Translations under genes and position numbers: made by a program | Notes under the pieces: generated by a model | Database searches by the model: none | What the model saw: only the letters and a program-made list of their open reading frames with translations | What the model was told of the DNA's origin: nothing | Virus record (IMG/VR): IMGVR_UViG_3300020201_000009 | Span: 1 to 64,000 of that record | Source of the DNA: a virus | Strand: one strand, 5' to 3' | Length of the DNA: 64,000 bases | Shown here: piece by piece, positions 27,215 through 38,133 of the stretch | Position numbering within the stretch: the first letter of the stretch is position 1 | Layout: every line of letters begins with the position of its first letter

Positions 27215-30200
27215 TATCTATTATTTCCTTGACGGTTTAATTGTTGAAAGGTGCCACCGTTGCGATACTGATCGGCAATCGCCTCGTTAACTTTCTTTTC
27301 GATTGCGGAACTTAAAGCCAATCCAAACTCTTTATTTCGAGTCATATCACCATCAGATTGCAAAGAAGTTGATGTTTCACTTGTAACATCTCCTCCATTA
27401 TTATTGATTGTAACGCTTATACTGACAACTGGACTACCCATAGAACCAGCCATATCGGAAGCTGAAACATTCGGGATGGGGCCTCCGTCGGCAGCAAATG
27501 ATACAGGAGTTGATATTGCAGAAATCGGTCCACCATTGAAACGATGGACGGGTGTTTGAGCAAACTCAGATGTAGCGCCGCCGTATGCAAACTTAGGCAT
27601 TGAAGCCATTGGTGAGGCATAGTTAGGGATGCTATTAGTAGCCATACCACCACCAGAGAATCTACGAGTCGCGGGAGCGGCACCGAAAGAAGCTATTGAA
27701 CTTTGATCGGGTCCGAGATAGGCATAACGATCTTGGGAAAGATTGGTATTTACCAACTGAGCCTGTTCTTGTTCCAATCTAATTCTTTCAGCGGTAATTT
27801 CTTCATTTGTCATCGCTCGACCCTCAGATGGAGAGTCGGAACCAGATGCACGAAATGCCAAGCCAAGAGCGACAGAAGCACCGAGCCCGAATAAAGCGCT
27901 CCTCAATGGGTTTGAAGCGGCTTTCGAAGCGGCAGCACCAGCGGCACTAGAACTACTTACAGCGGCACCGGAAGCGGCACTACTAGCAGCCTTTGCGGCG
28001 TTTGATTGTAACCCGATGCCTTTTAGGTAGCCTGCGTTTTGAGCGACTCCGCCTAGAACGCCGCCGCCGATTGCTCCGATTAAAGCGCCTTTTTTGCCGC
28101 CAGTGGCATAACCAAGACCACCGCCTACTAGGGCACCAAGGATTGCTCCACCAATAAATTTCTTCTGGACCTTGCCGCCACCATTTAAAGTGTTGAGCAT
28201 GTCAGGACCATATTTATTAACAGAAGATTTTTTAATTACATAAGAACCAGATTGCAGGGAAGCTGGGACATCGTCTCTTAAACCAGAGCCACCAGAAACC
28301 ATACCGTAAGAATTCATTCCCCTTCCACTTGATAAAGCGCCGGGAGCAAGAGTACCATTATTTAACTGATTAAGCATACTCGGTCCGAGAGTACGAGCGG
28401 TATTAGGATCTAATACATATTCCCCGCCAGTTAACATTGCAGGCACGCGGCCACCACCGGCAAATTTTGGAATATCACCACCCCGATTTCTTCCAATTGG
28501 ACCACCTCTATACGCTTTCGCGGGTGCGCCTATAGGTGCGCCACCAAAAGCAGAACCCAATAAACGAGTCACAGCTTGACTAGCGAAGGCTCTCGCCGCG
28601 TCATTGAGCACATTCAGAACAAAATCTCGAAAGGCATCTTTCCCCGATTTTGCACCTGTGACGAAATCGCCAAAAGCCCCGCCAAGGTTATCTCGTAGAG
28701 AGGCCCCAACAATTCTACCTTCTTCGGCGAATGACTGTAAGTCTTCTTTGCCGGCTTTTAGACTCTGTCCGAAACCGGCTTTAAAAGTGTCGAATCTGGT
28801 CTCGGTGGCGGGTCCAAGAGGATCTCTACCGTCCACAGTAAGGGGTTTGAGGGCAACCGTACCGTTAGGCAAAACGCTTTCGATTGTACCGCTTAATTCG
28901 TTTGTCTTTTGGGCGAGATCCGCTGTCTCGGCTGTAGAATCTTTTTGAGCATTGGTATTGTTACCAACGGTATTATTCAAAATCCTAACAACCTTGTTAG
29001 AATCAGCGTTTATTTTAAGTTGAGCGCCGTCAATTTCCTTCGTGCGATTGATAACTCTATCTTCGGCAAGCGCTTTCCCGGCTTTAGCGGTGGTAATTCT
29101 ATCTTGAGTATTCGATAATACTTTAGTAGGAACTCCTTCTTTTATCTGTTGATTCAGTAATTTTTCTAAACTATCAAGTTGAAGACTAAAATCACGAATC
29201 GAGGTTGCGTCTTCTTGCTGGGCATATAGACGAGCTAATTGTTCTAGTAAGCCAACGGCTTTAAAAGTATTATCGGCAGTTTCACGGATACCGGTAGTTA
29301 GAACCTGATCGCCTAGCGTGATCTTTCCGGATTTAAATAAAGCGTCAACGTTTGCTTTTGGATCGGCGTTTAAGAACTTCTGAGTTTCGGCCTCAATATC
29401 GATAGACAGATTATCGAGAGTTGCTATCAATCTTTTTCCAACCTCTCTAAGATTTTTATCGCTAGAACCAGAAAGTTCTTCCGCTGCGCCCCTGAGACTT
29501 GCGTCATCGGTTCCAACCTGTTTCTTCAACAGATCGCCGGAAATACCCGCTAGAGTTCCTTTCGCGGAAATACCTTGTAAATCCCTTTGGCGTTTTAAAG
29601 TGTTATCGCTTTGAGCAATACCTAGAGAATCCAAACCACGACTGAAATCTAATTGCTTGTTAGCGCGGAAAATGTCGCTACTAAATTTAGAAGAACCTTC
29701 GACCCGGCTAGTATTAAGAGAAGCGATGGTTTGTGCATCAAATCCACCCGAATTTAAGAACTTTTGCTGTTCGGCAATAGCATTTTGAATCGATTGGATT
29801 TTGTTGCTCTCTACGGCTAGATCGATCTGTAAACCTGTATTATTTTCAACTTGACGCAGCTGAAGAACGACCGCGCGAAGTTCTTTGGCTGTTGCGGAAT
29901 TGGTGTCTCCAAAAACGGTTTTAATAATTTTCTCTAAATCAGAAGCGGAAGAGGCTCCCTGTATTGCTTCGGCTACGGAAGTACCAGTTTTACCAAAAGC
30001 CTGAGTCGCCCTTTCTCTACCTAGACTTGAAGTAAAGTCAGCGATGGCCGTCGAAAAACTCGATTGCCTTTCTTGGTTTGAAGACTCTATAGTCGAACGA
30101 AGATTTTCACTATTTTGAAGAGCCCCAGATTGTCTAGAATTTAGAGCGCCTGTATTTAAAGCGGCATTAATGTTTTCAGCACGGAATCTTTCGGCATAAT

Positions 30201-33200
30201 TAAATAAAGCCGTACTTGCTAGTTGGAATTCCCTGATGCCTTCGACGGCTTTATCAAACTCTTTTCGAATATTGAGACTAGACGCCGCAAGAGCCTCGTT
30301 TGGGGCATCGCCTTTAGAGGCAGCAAAATTGGCTTGGGCGATTTTTGCAAACTCCGAAAGTGTTTTAGCAATATCTCCGGATTTGGAACCCCTTAACTGG
30401 GTAATGATTTCTTTTTGCTGATCCTCGGTAAGAGCCGTTTTATTTAGAATTTTTTCAAACTCCTTAACCAATCTTTCTATATCAACGATTCCACTCACTC
30501 TTGAATCTTTAGCGAAAGTGGCGGCGGAAGCCCTTGTTACGGGTCCCGAGTTAAATCTTTCTAAGGCTTTTTGAGCGGCGGCGGATTGTTGTTCAACCGC
30601 ATTAAAGAATACAGAGAAATCTGTATTTTCATTAATATCCGGAGTCAATAAATTAATGGCAGTTTTTCTGGTTTCTACGGTTGGTTTTTCTCTAAGGGCG
30701 CTAAATGCGGCTACTGCTTGAGAGCGGCGATTTTCATTAGCCGCGTCTTTCGCAGCCGCTCTTAAGACTTCACCAATTTTTTCAACATCAGCGCCAGCCC
30801 TAGCTAACTCGCTACGAAATTGCGCTGGTAAATTGTTAGCAATTTGTCTTTGACTAGAGCGGGCGCTTTGAAGTTGATCTTTACTCCCACTTTTGGAAAT
30901 AACATCATTGATATCTTGTTGAGCGATTGCATATTGATTCAATCCATCTAGTAATCTGGAGTTTCTGGATTCGACAAGTTGCGTAGCTTGCGCTAATTCT
31001 TCGAAAGATTTCCTAGCTTTACCAGAAACACCAATGACAAGACCAATTGCGCCACCCAATGTAGCGCCAATAGCTGTACCAACCGGCCCAAATAGAGATC
31101 CAATTGTCGCACCTAAACCAACGCCGCTTGACGCGCCTTCAATGCCACCGGCAACTTTGCCCTTAGTAGTGCCGCCTTCAGCATTGGGAATTTGGCTGGC
31201 AATAGCGCCCCCCAAAAATGGGAGTGCGAAAGAAGCGCCGAAACCGAAATTTTGTAATCTAGACGATCTATTTTCCCCAAGACCTCTCGCGGACCCACGG
31301 ATGGAATCTTTTTGATTTTGATTAAATTTTCCACCGCTAATAATATTTTCAGCGGTTTTGTCAAAATTACCGAATAGACGAGTTTGCTTCTTTAATTGAT
31401 CAATAATTCCAGCTTGGTTAACGGGCGATTGCGATCCTTGTATTTTTTGTTGAACAAGGTTATTAATAGCAGATAGGGCGGTTTTATCCCCTCTTAAACC
31501 ACGAGTATCTAAACCTAATTCTTGTATGGAATCTTTACGAAACTGTCCTGTTAATACGGCTTTTTGTTTTTTATTTAAGCTGTCAAAACCACCAGAGGAA
31601 ATTTTTGAATCGATGTCTCTAAGTTGAAGATTACGACTGTTTGAGCCGCGAGCGTTGCTTTTCGTAAGAGAAATTTGTGTTTGTATTGCGGCGGCTTCTT
31701 TCTCATTTGCAAGGGTCGCTTCTTTTACACTTCTTTCATATGCAATCAGAGAAAAGATAGCTTTTTCTTGGACACTTCCAAGTTGAGTGGATTTAGCGCC
31801 GCTATCTAATACTTTTTGGGATGCGACAATGTACGCCTTCTCCAAAGTAATACCAGAATCAATTAATCCCTTAACATTTGTTTCAAATTGTTGTTGAAAA
31901 GTTTCAGCTTTACCGAGAGCAACAACTGAATCAGATCGTGTTGTGTTTGCTTGCAAACCTTTGCTGCTTCTAACCGCAGCGGTTTCGACGAAAGCGCCCT
32001 CACGAATGCCTTTAATAGATGCTTGCCTTCCGGGTTTATTGATACCCAAACCACCAAAGGAATTAACAATTTCATCTAAATTTTGATCCGTGACACTGTT
32101 TAAATTCTTTTTTAAAGATTCTTCTAATTGAGTCGCGATTTTCTTTTGGCTCGCTCCGAAAGCTCGTATAATAAAGTCAGGGTCGGGATCGCCGAGTTGA
32201 CCTTGTTTCGTGAAAGCATTGAAAGAGCTATCGTTTATATCCTCTGAGCCCAAAAATCCCCTTTCGCCTTTTGTAAATATTGGTGCGTTTCCAGCATCGA
32301 AAGTCAAATTAGCCTCTATCTCTTGGGCTTGCGCTAATTCTTGTGCCGCTTCACTGGCAGAGTCAGAATTTTTTTGTCTTTCGATAATATCAGCCCTGAT
32401 AGATTTCGCTTGTAATAACAAAACATCCCTAACGGCGGCAAGGGAAAGAGTATTTAGATCCAATTCCTTAATATAGCTTTTATTCGCCGCAGCTAGATTG
32501 ACCGCGCCTCCTTCTATCGCGCTACCATATGCCACAAAAATTTTATCAAGCTTATCTTGGGTTGCAACTGATATAACATTACCCTTCGACCCTATTAAAC
32601 CCAAACCAGAGAATGGAGAATCTTTTGGAGTCTGAACAAAGTTTGGAACATATCCACCCGCAGCGCCAGCGGTTCGAGGATTTTTACCTTGAGAAATGGT
32701 TCTATTCACACCTTGGAAACCGCCAATTGGTTCGTCCCTTTTGTTAGCGACAAGTAAACCGAAAGGATTCCCAGAGTTTTTAACTCTAGAATCCGAATCA
32801 ACGTAAATTTGTGTAGGGGATAAACCAGCGGCTTGTTCACGCGCTAGGGCTTCACCTAAACCGGATGGAAGAAATCCTCTGGCGAAAGCTGATCCTTTTC
32901 TTTTCAGGAATCGAGGATTTTGGATTTCATTCAATAAAGAAACTTCTCTTTCATTATCAAAAGCTTCAATAGCATCGACGTGACCATCCTTACCCTTGGA
33001 TCTATAATATTTTTTTAATAAAGATGAATCAATACCAATACCACCAACGCTGTTAGATAATTTTAGTAAACCATCGACTCCAACTCTATCTACAATCTTT
33101 TTAAGTCTGTCAGGATCTTTAAAAATATTTTTTTCTTTTAATTGGGCAATAATAAGGGCTCGCGAATTACCACTATTATCAAAAGGAATTTCGCCAGAGG

Positions 33201-35739
33201 CGGGAGAAAAATTCTTTACAGCCGGTCTGTTAGTGACCGTAGATCTATTAAAAACACCAAATGTTTTAGCAATCTTGAGAGATCGAGATGTTGGTATTAC
33301 ACCTTGTGCAGTTGATAAGCGAGAACCTAATAAATGAGTGACTAAATTTTCAAAAGTTTTTACGCTGGCGGGAAGCGTCGAATTGGATTTCGAAAGGTTT
33401 TTTGTGTTTAGTGGATCTAATCTTTGAAGGCCATCCTCTGAAAATTTATTTGTAGAAACCCCTCTAAAAAGAGTAGTCAGCGAATCCCTACCGCCAGCAA
33501 AGTTCGGCGTGAAACCCTCCGCAAAGCGAGGCGACTTCATACTAAAGCGGCTAAACACTTCATCAATCTGGGCTCGGATTTCAGATGGTTTCTTAGAAAG
33601 GTCTAGATAGGAAGTGGTTCCAAGACCATATTTCTCGGGCGTGTATTGAATAAAATTACCGCCCAACAGATCGCTCATTTGGGCTTGTGCCTTGGGGTCT
33701 CTGGCATCAACGACGTCGCGAATGAACCTAGCCAATTTTGGGTCTTGAGCTTCGATTTTAGAAAAATTATTCAGGAAACTTGGTCCGACTTCCTCTAAGA
33801 AGGTCTCGAAGGCATCTGAAGGACGTTTAGCCGTTTTGAAAGATACCGGAGTAAAGCCACCAGCAGCAGAAATCTTCTTAGCACCGGCAGGTAAACCCAT
33901 CGATCTAACCATATCTTGATTAAATACAGCAGACCCGCCATTTGAATAATTGGGAACTATATACTCAGAAGTGTTAGCAACAACAGTCCCAGTTTTTCCA
34001 CCGCCGAAAGCGAAATTCGGCATAATAACCGGCCTAGCATTTCGTGGAGCGCCACCAACGCCTTTTTGTACAGAAGAAACTTCTTTGGCTACTAAATTGG
34101 GAACATAACCATCAGCCGCGCCAACACCCCTTAAGGTTTTGATAGTTCTCGGCGAGAAGCCTGTAATAAGACCATTATCTCTAGCTTTGAGAGCGTTAAC
34201 AACCGATAGTTGCCGATTTAAAATAGATAATACAATTTGTTCCTGTTCGGCGACGCTCTTCGCGGCAATAAATCTCTGTTGTTCAAGCGAGGTCGATTGC
34301 GCCAAGATCGTATTTAGACCTTGCATCGCTTGCGTTTCTTTCGAACGAATCGCTAGAATATTACCTAAATCCTTAAAAGCGGTTATTCCAAGTTTGGATA
34401 TGATCTTAAACAACGCTATGCCAATAGTGAGACCACCAGAGGTAGAAATGACATTACCGATACCTTTTAAAATACCTTCGGCAACATTCGCACCGATTTG
34501 ATCGCCCGCATCCAATCCCTCTTTTCCAATGTTCTTAAATTGTTTGGCGACGGAGCCAAGGAAATCGTTACCAAGTAAATTTTTAAGAGGATCGGCGAAA
34601 GTCAAACTGCCGAGAATCGAACCAATTTCAGTCGCAGATGTTCTAAAATTTTGTAGAACTGCCGAGAGCGATTTATTTAAAGCTTCGTTCCTTAGAGTCG
34701 CTTCGTTTGTCGCCCCTTTGGCAACTTCCAATGCATTAGTATAGGAGTTATAAGAACGGGCCAATTCTCCTACTAGAGACTTAAATTGATTGATTTGGAA
34801 AATACCAGCGGAAAGTTCCGAGACAACGCCTTGTTGTTCTTTCGATAAATTGGCGAAATTCGCGCCAATATTCTTTAAAATTGTATCGGCTGCAAGAGCG
34901 TCTCCACCTAATGTTCTGACTTTAATACCGAAATCTTCTAACTGATCCAAAACTTCAGGGCGATTAATACGTGTGAAGATTGATTTTAGAGCGTTACCAA
35001 TTTCGGAACCACCTCTCGCGGTAATTTGTTGAGCTGTAGTAACGAGAGAAATTAATGAATCGAAACCGACACCGGCATCTTGAGCAGTAGAGCCGACTCT
35101 AGAAAGTGCTTCGACTAGATCGCCCGCTGAAACGGCGAATTTCGAATCGACTGCAACTAATTTATTAATGGCGACGGCGGCGGTTAAACCTTCCCTACGA
35201 TACGCATTTAATACAGCCGTGAGAGATTCAACGGATTTGGTTGCATCCAAACCGGAAAGACGAGTTAAAATCTGCGCTTGGTTGATACGATCTAATGTGT
35301 CGGTAACGCCCAAACCTTGACGGGAAAATTCAAGAGCGGCTTTAGCCGTAGTTTCGAAGGATTGAGCGGTATTACGAGCTACGTCGAAAACCTGAACCTT
35401 AAACTTATTAAGTTCGTTATTTGTTAAGGCGAAAACGGAATTGATATCAGCAAAGGCTTTTTCAACCGCAACCGTCGAATTGGCCAATTCGGCCATTCCA
35501 CGAGTAAACGCGGCGATGACGGAAGCGGAGGCACCGAAAGCCAAGACGCGCTGGTTAGCGGCAGCAAGGGAATCCGTAAACTTACTTACATCCGCAGTAA
35601 TTCTTCCGAGGGGAAGTTGTAGTGACCTAGTATTGAACTTAAAGTCAAATTTTTGAGCCTGATTAAGGGCATCACGAACCTGATTCACGAAAAACCGTGA
35701 ATCTAGACCAATTTTTAGAGTGCCGTCGATGCCTGCCAT
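27214..35739 (-). CDS. Tail tape measure protein (2841 aa) with inserted domains
   Basis: TP901-like core (ALEFSRQG, SRVGSTAQDAGV, EIGNALKSIFTRI), Ala-rich helices, Gly-zipper hydrophobic segments, C-terminal VPAMLTGGEYV motif; precedes gpM-L-K-I-J. Confidence 0.9.
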   Translation of the reverse strand: MAGIDGTLKIGLDSRFFVNQVRDALNQAQKFDFKFNTRSLQLPLGRITADVSKFTDSLAAANQRVLAFGASASVIAAFTRGMAELANSTVAVEKAFADINSVFALTNNELNKFKVQVFDVARNTAQSFETTAKAALEFSRQGLGVTDTLDRINQAQILTRLSGLDATKSVESLTAVLNAYRREGLTAAVAINKLVAVDSKFAVSAGDLVEALSRVGSTAQDAGVGFDSLISLVTTAQQITARGGSEIGNALKSIFTRINRPEVLDQLEDFGIKVRTLGGDALAADTILKNIGANFANLSKEQQGVVSELSAGIFQINQFKSLVGELARSYNSYTNALEVAKGATNEATLRNEALNKSLSAVLQNFRTSATEIGSILGSLTFADPLKNLLGNDFLGSVAKQFKNIGKEGLDAGDQIGANVAEGILKGIGNVISTSGGLTIGIALFKIISKLGITAFKDLGNILAIRSKETQAMQGLNTILAQSTSLEQQRFIAAKSVAEQEQIVLSILNRQLSVVNALKARDNGLITGFSPRTIKTLRGVGAADGYVPNLVAKEVSSVQKGVGGAPRNARPVIMPNFAFGGGKTGTVVANTSEYIVPNYSNGGSAVFNQDMVRSMGLPAGAKKISAAGGFTPVSFKTAKRPSDAFETFLEEVGPSFLNNFSKIEAQDPKLARFIRDVVDARDPKAQAQMSDLLGGNFIQYTPEKYGLGTTSYLDLSKKPSEIRAQIDEVFSRFSMKSPRFAEGFTPNFAGGRDSLTTLFRGVSTNKFSEDGLQRLDPLNTKNLSKSNSTLPASVKTFENLVTHLLGSRLSTAQGVIPTSRSLKIAKTFGVFNRSTVTNRPAVKNFSPASGEIPFDNSGNSRALIIAQLKEKNIFKDPDRLKKIVDRVGVDGLLKLSNSVGGIGIDSSLLKKYYRSKGKDGHVDAIEAFDNEREVSLLNEIQNPRFLKRKGSAFARGFLPSGLGEALAREQAAGLSPTQIYVDSDSRVKNSGNPFGLLVANKRDEPIGGFQGVNRTISQGKNPRTAGAAGGYVPNFVQTPKDSPFSGLGLIGSKGNVISVATQDKLDKIFVAYGSAIEGGAVNLAAANKSYIKELDLNTLSLAAVRDVLLLQAKSIRADIIERQKNSDSASEAAQELAQAQEIEANLTFDAGNAPIFTKGERGFLGSEDINDSSFNAFTKQGQLGDPDPDFIIRAFGASQKKIATQLEESLKKNLNSVTDQNLDEIVNSFGGLGINKPGRQASIKGIREGAFVETAAVRSSKGLQANTTRSDSVVALGKAETFQQQFETNVKGLIDSGITLEKAYIVASQKVLDSGAKSTQLGSVQEKAIFSLIAYERSVKEATLANEKEAAAIQTQISLTKSNARGSNSRNLQLRDIDSKISSGGFDSLNKKQKAVLTGQFRKDSIQELGLDTRGLRGDKTALSAINNLVQQKIQGSQSPVNQAGIIDQLKKQTRLFGNFDKTAENIISGGKFNQNQKDSIRGSARGLGENRSSRLQNFGFGASFALPFLGGAIASQIPNAEGGTTKGKVAGGIEGASSGVGLGATIGSLFGPVGTAIGATLGGAIGLVIGVSGKARKSFEELAQATQLVESRNSRLLDGLNQYAIAQQDINDVISKSGSKDQLQSARSSQRQIANNLPAQFRSELARAGADVEKIGEVLRAAAKDAANENRRSQAVAAFSALREKPTVETRKTAINLLTPDINENTDFSVFFNAVEQQSAAAQKALERFNSGPVTRASAATFAKDSRVSGIVDIERLVKEFEKILNKTALTEDQQKEIITQLRGSKSGDIAKTLSEFAKIAQANFAASKGDAPNEALAASSLNIRKEFDKAVEGIREFQLASTALFNYAERFRAENINAALNTGALNSRQSGALQNSENLRSTIESSNQERQSSFSTAIADFTSSLGRERATQAFGKTGTSVAEAIQGASSASDLEKIIKTVFGDTNSATAKELRAVVLQLRQVENNTGLQIDLAVESNKIQSIQNAIAEQQKFLNSGGFDAQTIASLNTSRVEGSSKFSSDIFRANKQLDFSRGLDSLGIAQSDNTLKRQRDLQGISAKGTLAGISGDLLKKQVGTDDASLRGAAEELSGSSDKNLREVGKRLIATLDNLSIDIEAETQKFLNADPKANVDALFKSGKITLGDQVLTTGIRETADNTFKAVGLLEQLARLYAQQEDATSIRDFSLQLDSLEKLLNQQIKEGVPTKVLSNTQDRITTAKAGKALAEDRVINRTKEIDGAQLKINADSNKVVRILNNTVGNNTNAQKDSTAETADLAQKTNELSGTIESVLPNGTVALKPLTVDGRDPLGPATETRFDTFKAGFGQSLKAGKEDLQSFAEEGRIVGASLRDNLGGAFGDFVTGAKSGKDAFRDFVLNVLNDAARAFASQAVTRLLGSAFGGAPIGAPAKAYRGGPIGRNRGGDIPKFAGGGRVPAMLTGGEYVLDPNTARTLGPSMLNQLNNGTLAPGALSSGRGMNSYGMVSGGSGLRDDVPASLQSGSYVIKKSSVNKYGPDMLNTLNGGGKVQKKFIGGAILGALVGGGLGYATGGKKGALIGAIGGGVLGGVAQNAGYLKGIGLQSNAAKAASSAASGAAVSSSSAAGAAASKAASNPLRSALFGLGASVALGLAFRASGSDSPSEGRAMTNEEITAERIRLEQEQAQLVNTNLSQDRYAYLGPDQSSIASFGAAPATRRFSGGGMATNSIPNYASPMASMPKFAYGGATSEFAQTPVHRFNGGPISAISTPVSFAADGGPIPNVSASDMAGSMGSPVVSISVTINNNGGDVTSETSTSLQSDGDMTRNKEFGLALSSAIEKKVNEAIADQYRNGGTFQQLNRQGNNR

Positions 35740-35795
35740 TTAATAACTTTTTCCGTATTTTATACGCGGAATTTTATCAATTCTATATAAAACAA

Positions 35796-36755
35796 CTAAC
35801 GATTATGCATTTTCATCATTTCTTGCATATTCATGGGCTTTGTTGGGGCTTTTGTTGGTTCTTGACCAGTAATCGCTTTAATATCCGCAGCCGTGGCTCC
35901 AACCATCCCAACGGCTCCCTTTGAATCTTTATCATTAATCATTTTCTTGCCTTTATCAATAGCTTCGATATATTCAGCTAACTTATCTGGGTCATCTCTA
36001 ATATGTTCTGGAATATTCTCAATTTTGACTTTTTGCATTAGTTGAGTATAATATTTTGAATAATTAGCCAATTTGACCTGAAAATAGGTCATTTTGGAAA
36101 TAGGCGTGCCGAAAAACTTAAAAAAATCGTCTTCGCAAAGATAATAGTAGGATTTATAAAAATCCTGCATGGTGAGTTTTTTTAGGTTTCTGTCATTACA
36201 CGTCTCCATGACGGAAGAGTAGGCGTCAAATAATTTTTGAAGTTCTATATCGTCTAAATCGTCAAATAGTTCAACTGAAAGATAGGGTTTTTTAAAGTCA
36301 GTATCTATAAAAATAGATTTTATTACGTAGTAATCATTAATCAATTTTGCCGCGTAAGATTCTACGGTTAAACCAACTAAAGCGATTTTTTTCTTTTCCA
36401 ATTCGAATATAAGCTTATTTTCCTTTTGAATATCTTCATCAATCTTCTGTAACATCGAAGGGTATTTCATGGTTTTCTTACCACGCTCTAGACCGCGAAC
36501 ATAGTCTTTCCGATCAAAGATATTCTTTTCGTCCTGTTCAGACCAAAGACCTTCTTTTTTCAGAAATTCCAACTGTTGTTTTTCCGTTGGAGCGCCGGAA
36601 TCGCGAGCCTTCTTTTCGAACCTATCTTGAATATCTTCTAACTCGACATGGTCGGCGTGAGACAAATGTTTAACATACAATGTCTTTCCACCAAAATCCA
36701 GTGTAGTATATCCTCTAGAGATTTCTAAGAATGACCTTCTTAGAATTTTAGACAT
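35796..36755 (-). CDS. Putative tail assembly chaperone
   Basis: Charged helical protein immediately upstream of the tape measure. Confidence 0.45.
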   Translation of the reverse strand: MSKILRRSFLEISRGYTTLDFGGKTLYVKHLSHADHVELEDIQDRFEKKARDSGAPTEKQQLEFLKKEGLWSEQDEKNIFDRKDYVRGLERGKKTMKYPSMLQKIDEDIQKENKLIFELEKKKIALVGLTVESYAAKLINDYYVIKSIFIDTDFKKPYLSVELFDDLDDIELQKLFDAYSSVMETCNDRNLKKLTMQDFYKSYYYLCEDDFFKFFGTPISKMTYFQVKLANYSKYYTQLMQKVKIENIPEHIRDDPDKLAEYIEAIDKGKKMINDKDSKGAVGMVGATAADIKAITGQEPTKAPTKPMNMQEMMKMHNR

Positions 36756-36758
36756 TTA

Positions 36759-37640
36759 TTACGTCTGAACTAGATTCTCAATCGCCTCAACAGCGACGGC
36801 TGCGACAAGAATATCGGGTGAATCATTGACCAATACTTTCGCCTTTTCTTCTTTGGTCTTTTTTTCCGCTAAAAGTTCTTCGGTCAATCTCTTTGCTCTT
36901 TCTTCGGATTCTGCTTTCAATCGATCATCTTCTTTTTGGAACTCTTCGGGGGTTGAAATACGCCCAAGAGAGTAGAGAGCCCAAAAATACATTAATAGCT
37001 GGATAGACTTTAAATAGAGCGGGTCTTCGTTCTCTTCTAAATCGAAATAGCTCTTTTCTCTTTCATCAAAGTTTGTGCCTTTAAACAAAGATTCAAACTT
37101 GCCATCAGAAACTTCAATGTACGACTGTGAGAAAATTAACCATAAATTGGCTCTTTCCTGAGCATAATTTTCAGCAGTATTATTAAAAATTGTCTGATTA
37201 GAGGTTTCGATTGCATTTAATTCTCTTCGAGCGTCTACAATTTTTTCATATAGTTGCACCTGATAAGTGCGTTTTTCATCGCCCTCTGTAAGTGACCCTA
37301 ATGCAATCAAATCGTTCTCAAATTTAGTCGCGGTCTGTTCTAGATAAACCATTCTCTTCGCCGTTTCCTGAGAAATGAGAGCGCCAGCACCGTCTATGTG
37401 TTTATTAATAAGAACGGCTTTGGACATTAGCCCATTGTCAATTGCCCTTTTAATCTGAGATCCGTAAAATAGACGCAGGGTATCGCTCTCCCCCCTGCCT
37501 AGTCTTTTAAGAGCGATCTTGTGGGGGACAGAAACGGTTTCTTTTTTAATTAGTTTCTGTTCTTTCCCGTCAACAATCGTAACTTCAGTCTTTTCAACTT
37601 CTTTTTCTAGTTCTACCGTAAATTTGTGTAGCAGTTTCAT
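36759..37640 (-). CDS. Putative tail assembly chaperone
   Basis: Charged helical protein between tail tube and tape measure. Confidence 0.45.
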   Translation of the reverse strand: MKLLHKFTVELEKEVEKTEVTIVDGKEQKLIKKETVSVPHKIALKRLGRGESDTLRLFYGSQIKRAIDNGLMSKAVLINKHIDGAGALISQETAKRMVYLEQTATKFENDLIALGSLTEGDEKRTYQVQLYEKIVDARRELNAIETSNQTIFNNTAENYAQERANLWLIFSQSYIEVSDGKFESLFKGTNFDEREKSYFDLEENEDPLYLKSIQLLMYFWALYSLGRISTPEEFQKEDDRLKAESEERAKRLTEELLAEKKTKEEKAKVLVNDSPDILVAAVAVEAIENLVQT

Positions 37641-37691
37641 TTTTTTCCTTTTTCCTTATCTTAATACTATGTCTTTTAACCTAAAAATCAA

Positions 37692-37991
37692 CTATTTGGA
37701 GATAATTTTTACCTGATCCAATTGTTCTCTTATGCTTCGTATACAATCGTTACCGCGATCCAGTATATCTTTTCGAAGTCTTTCGCATCGAGAGTCGGTC
37801 ATAAATTCTGCGAGCACAACTTTTCCTTTATGTTCTTCTGGAATAGATTCCATGAGTCTCCATAAAGCTTCATCGTTATCGGCCTTGAGATCCTCAATAA
37901 TCTTTAGAACCTCTTTAAATAAAACTGTAATATTTCTTTTAATATTGAAATTTACAATATTCTCCAATACCTTACTCTCATTTTCATCCAT
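37692..37991 (-). CDS. Hypothetical protein
   Basis: 99-aa ORF with AAGG leader and GCGTA promoter variant at 38036-38040. Confidence 0.55.
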   Translation of the reverse strand: MDENESKVLENIVNFNIKRNITVLFKEVLKIIEDLKADNDEALWRLMESIPEEHKGKVVLAEFMTDSRCERLRKDILDRGNDCIRSIREQLDQVKIISK

Positions 37992-38081
37992 AATCAGTCT
38001 TCCTTTGTTTTTATACCTTTTACCCGCAATCGAAATACGCGAAAAATTGAATATTTTATATTTTTCTCCATTTTAGGACAT

Positions 38082-38107
38082 AAAAAAGGCGAGAAATTAA
38101 TCTCGCC
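38082..38107 (-). terminator. Intrinsic terminator after the major tail tube gene
   Basis: Minus strand GGCGAGA-TTAATT-TCTCGCC-TTTTTT. Confidence 0.8.
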
Positions 38108-38133
38108 AAATTTATCTTTAACTCTAAAATCTA

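Noticed and set aside
35796-37640. Programmed -1 frameshift joining the tail chaperones (lambda G/GT style)
   Set aside because: Two separate full ORFs joined by TAATAAATG; no convincing slippery heptamer near the first stop
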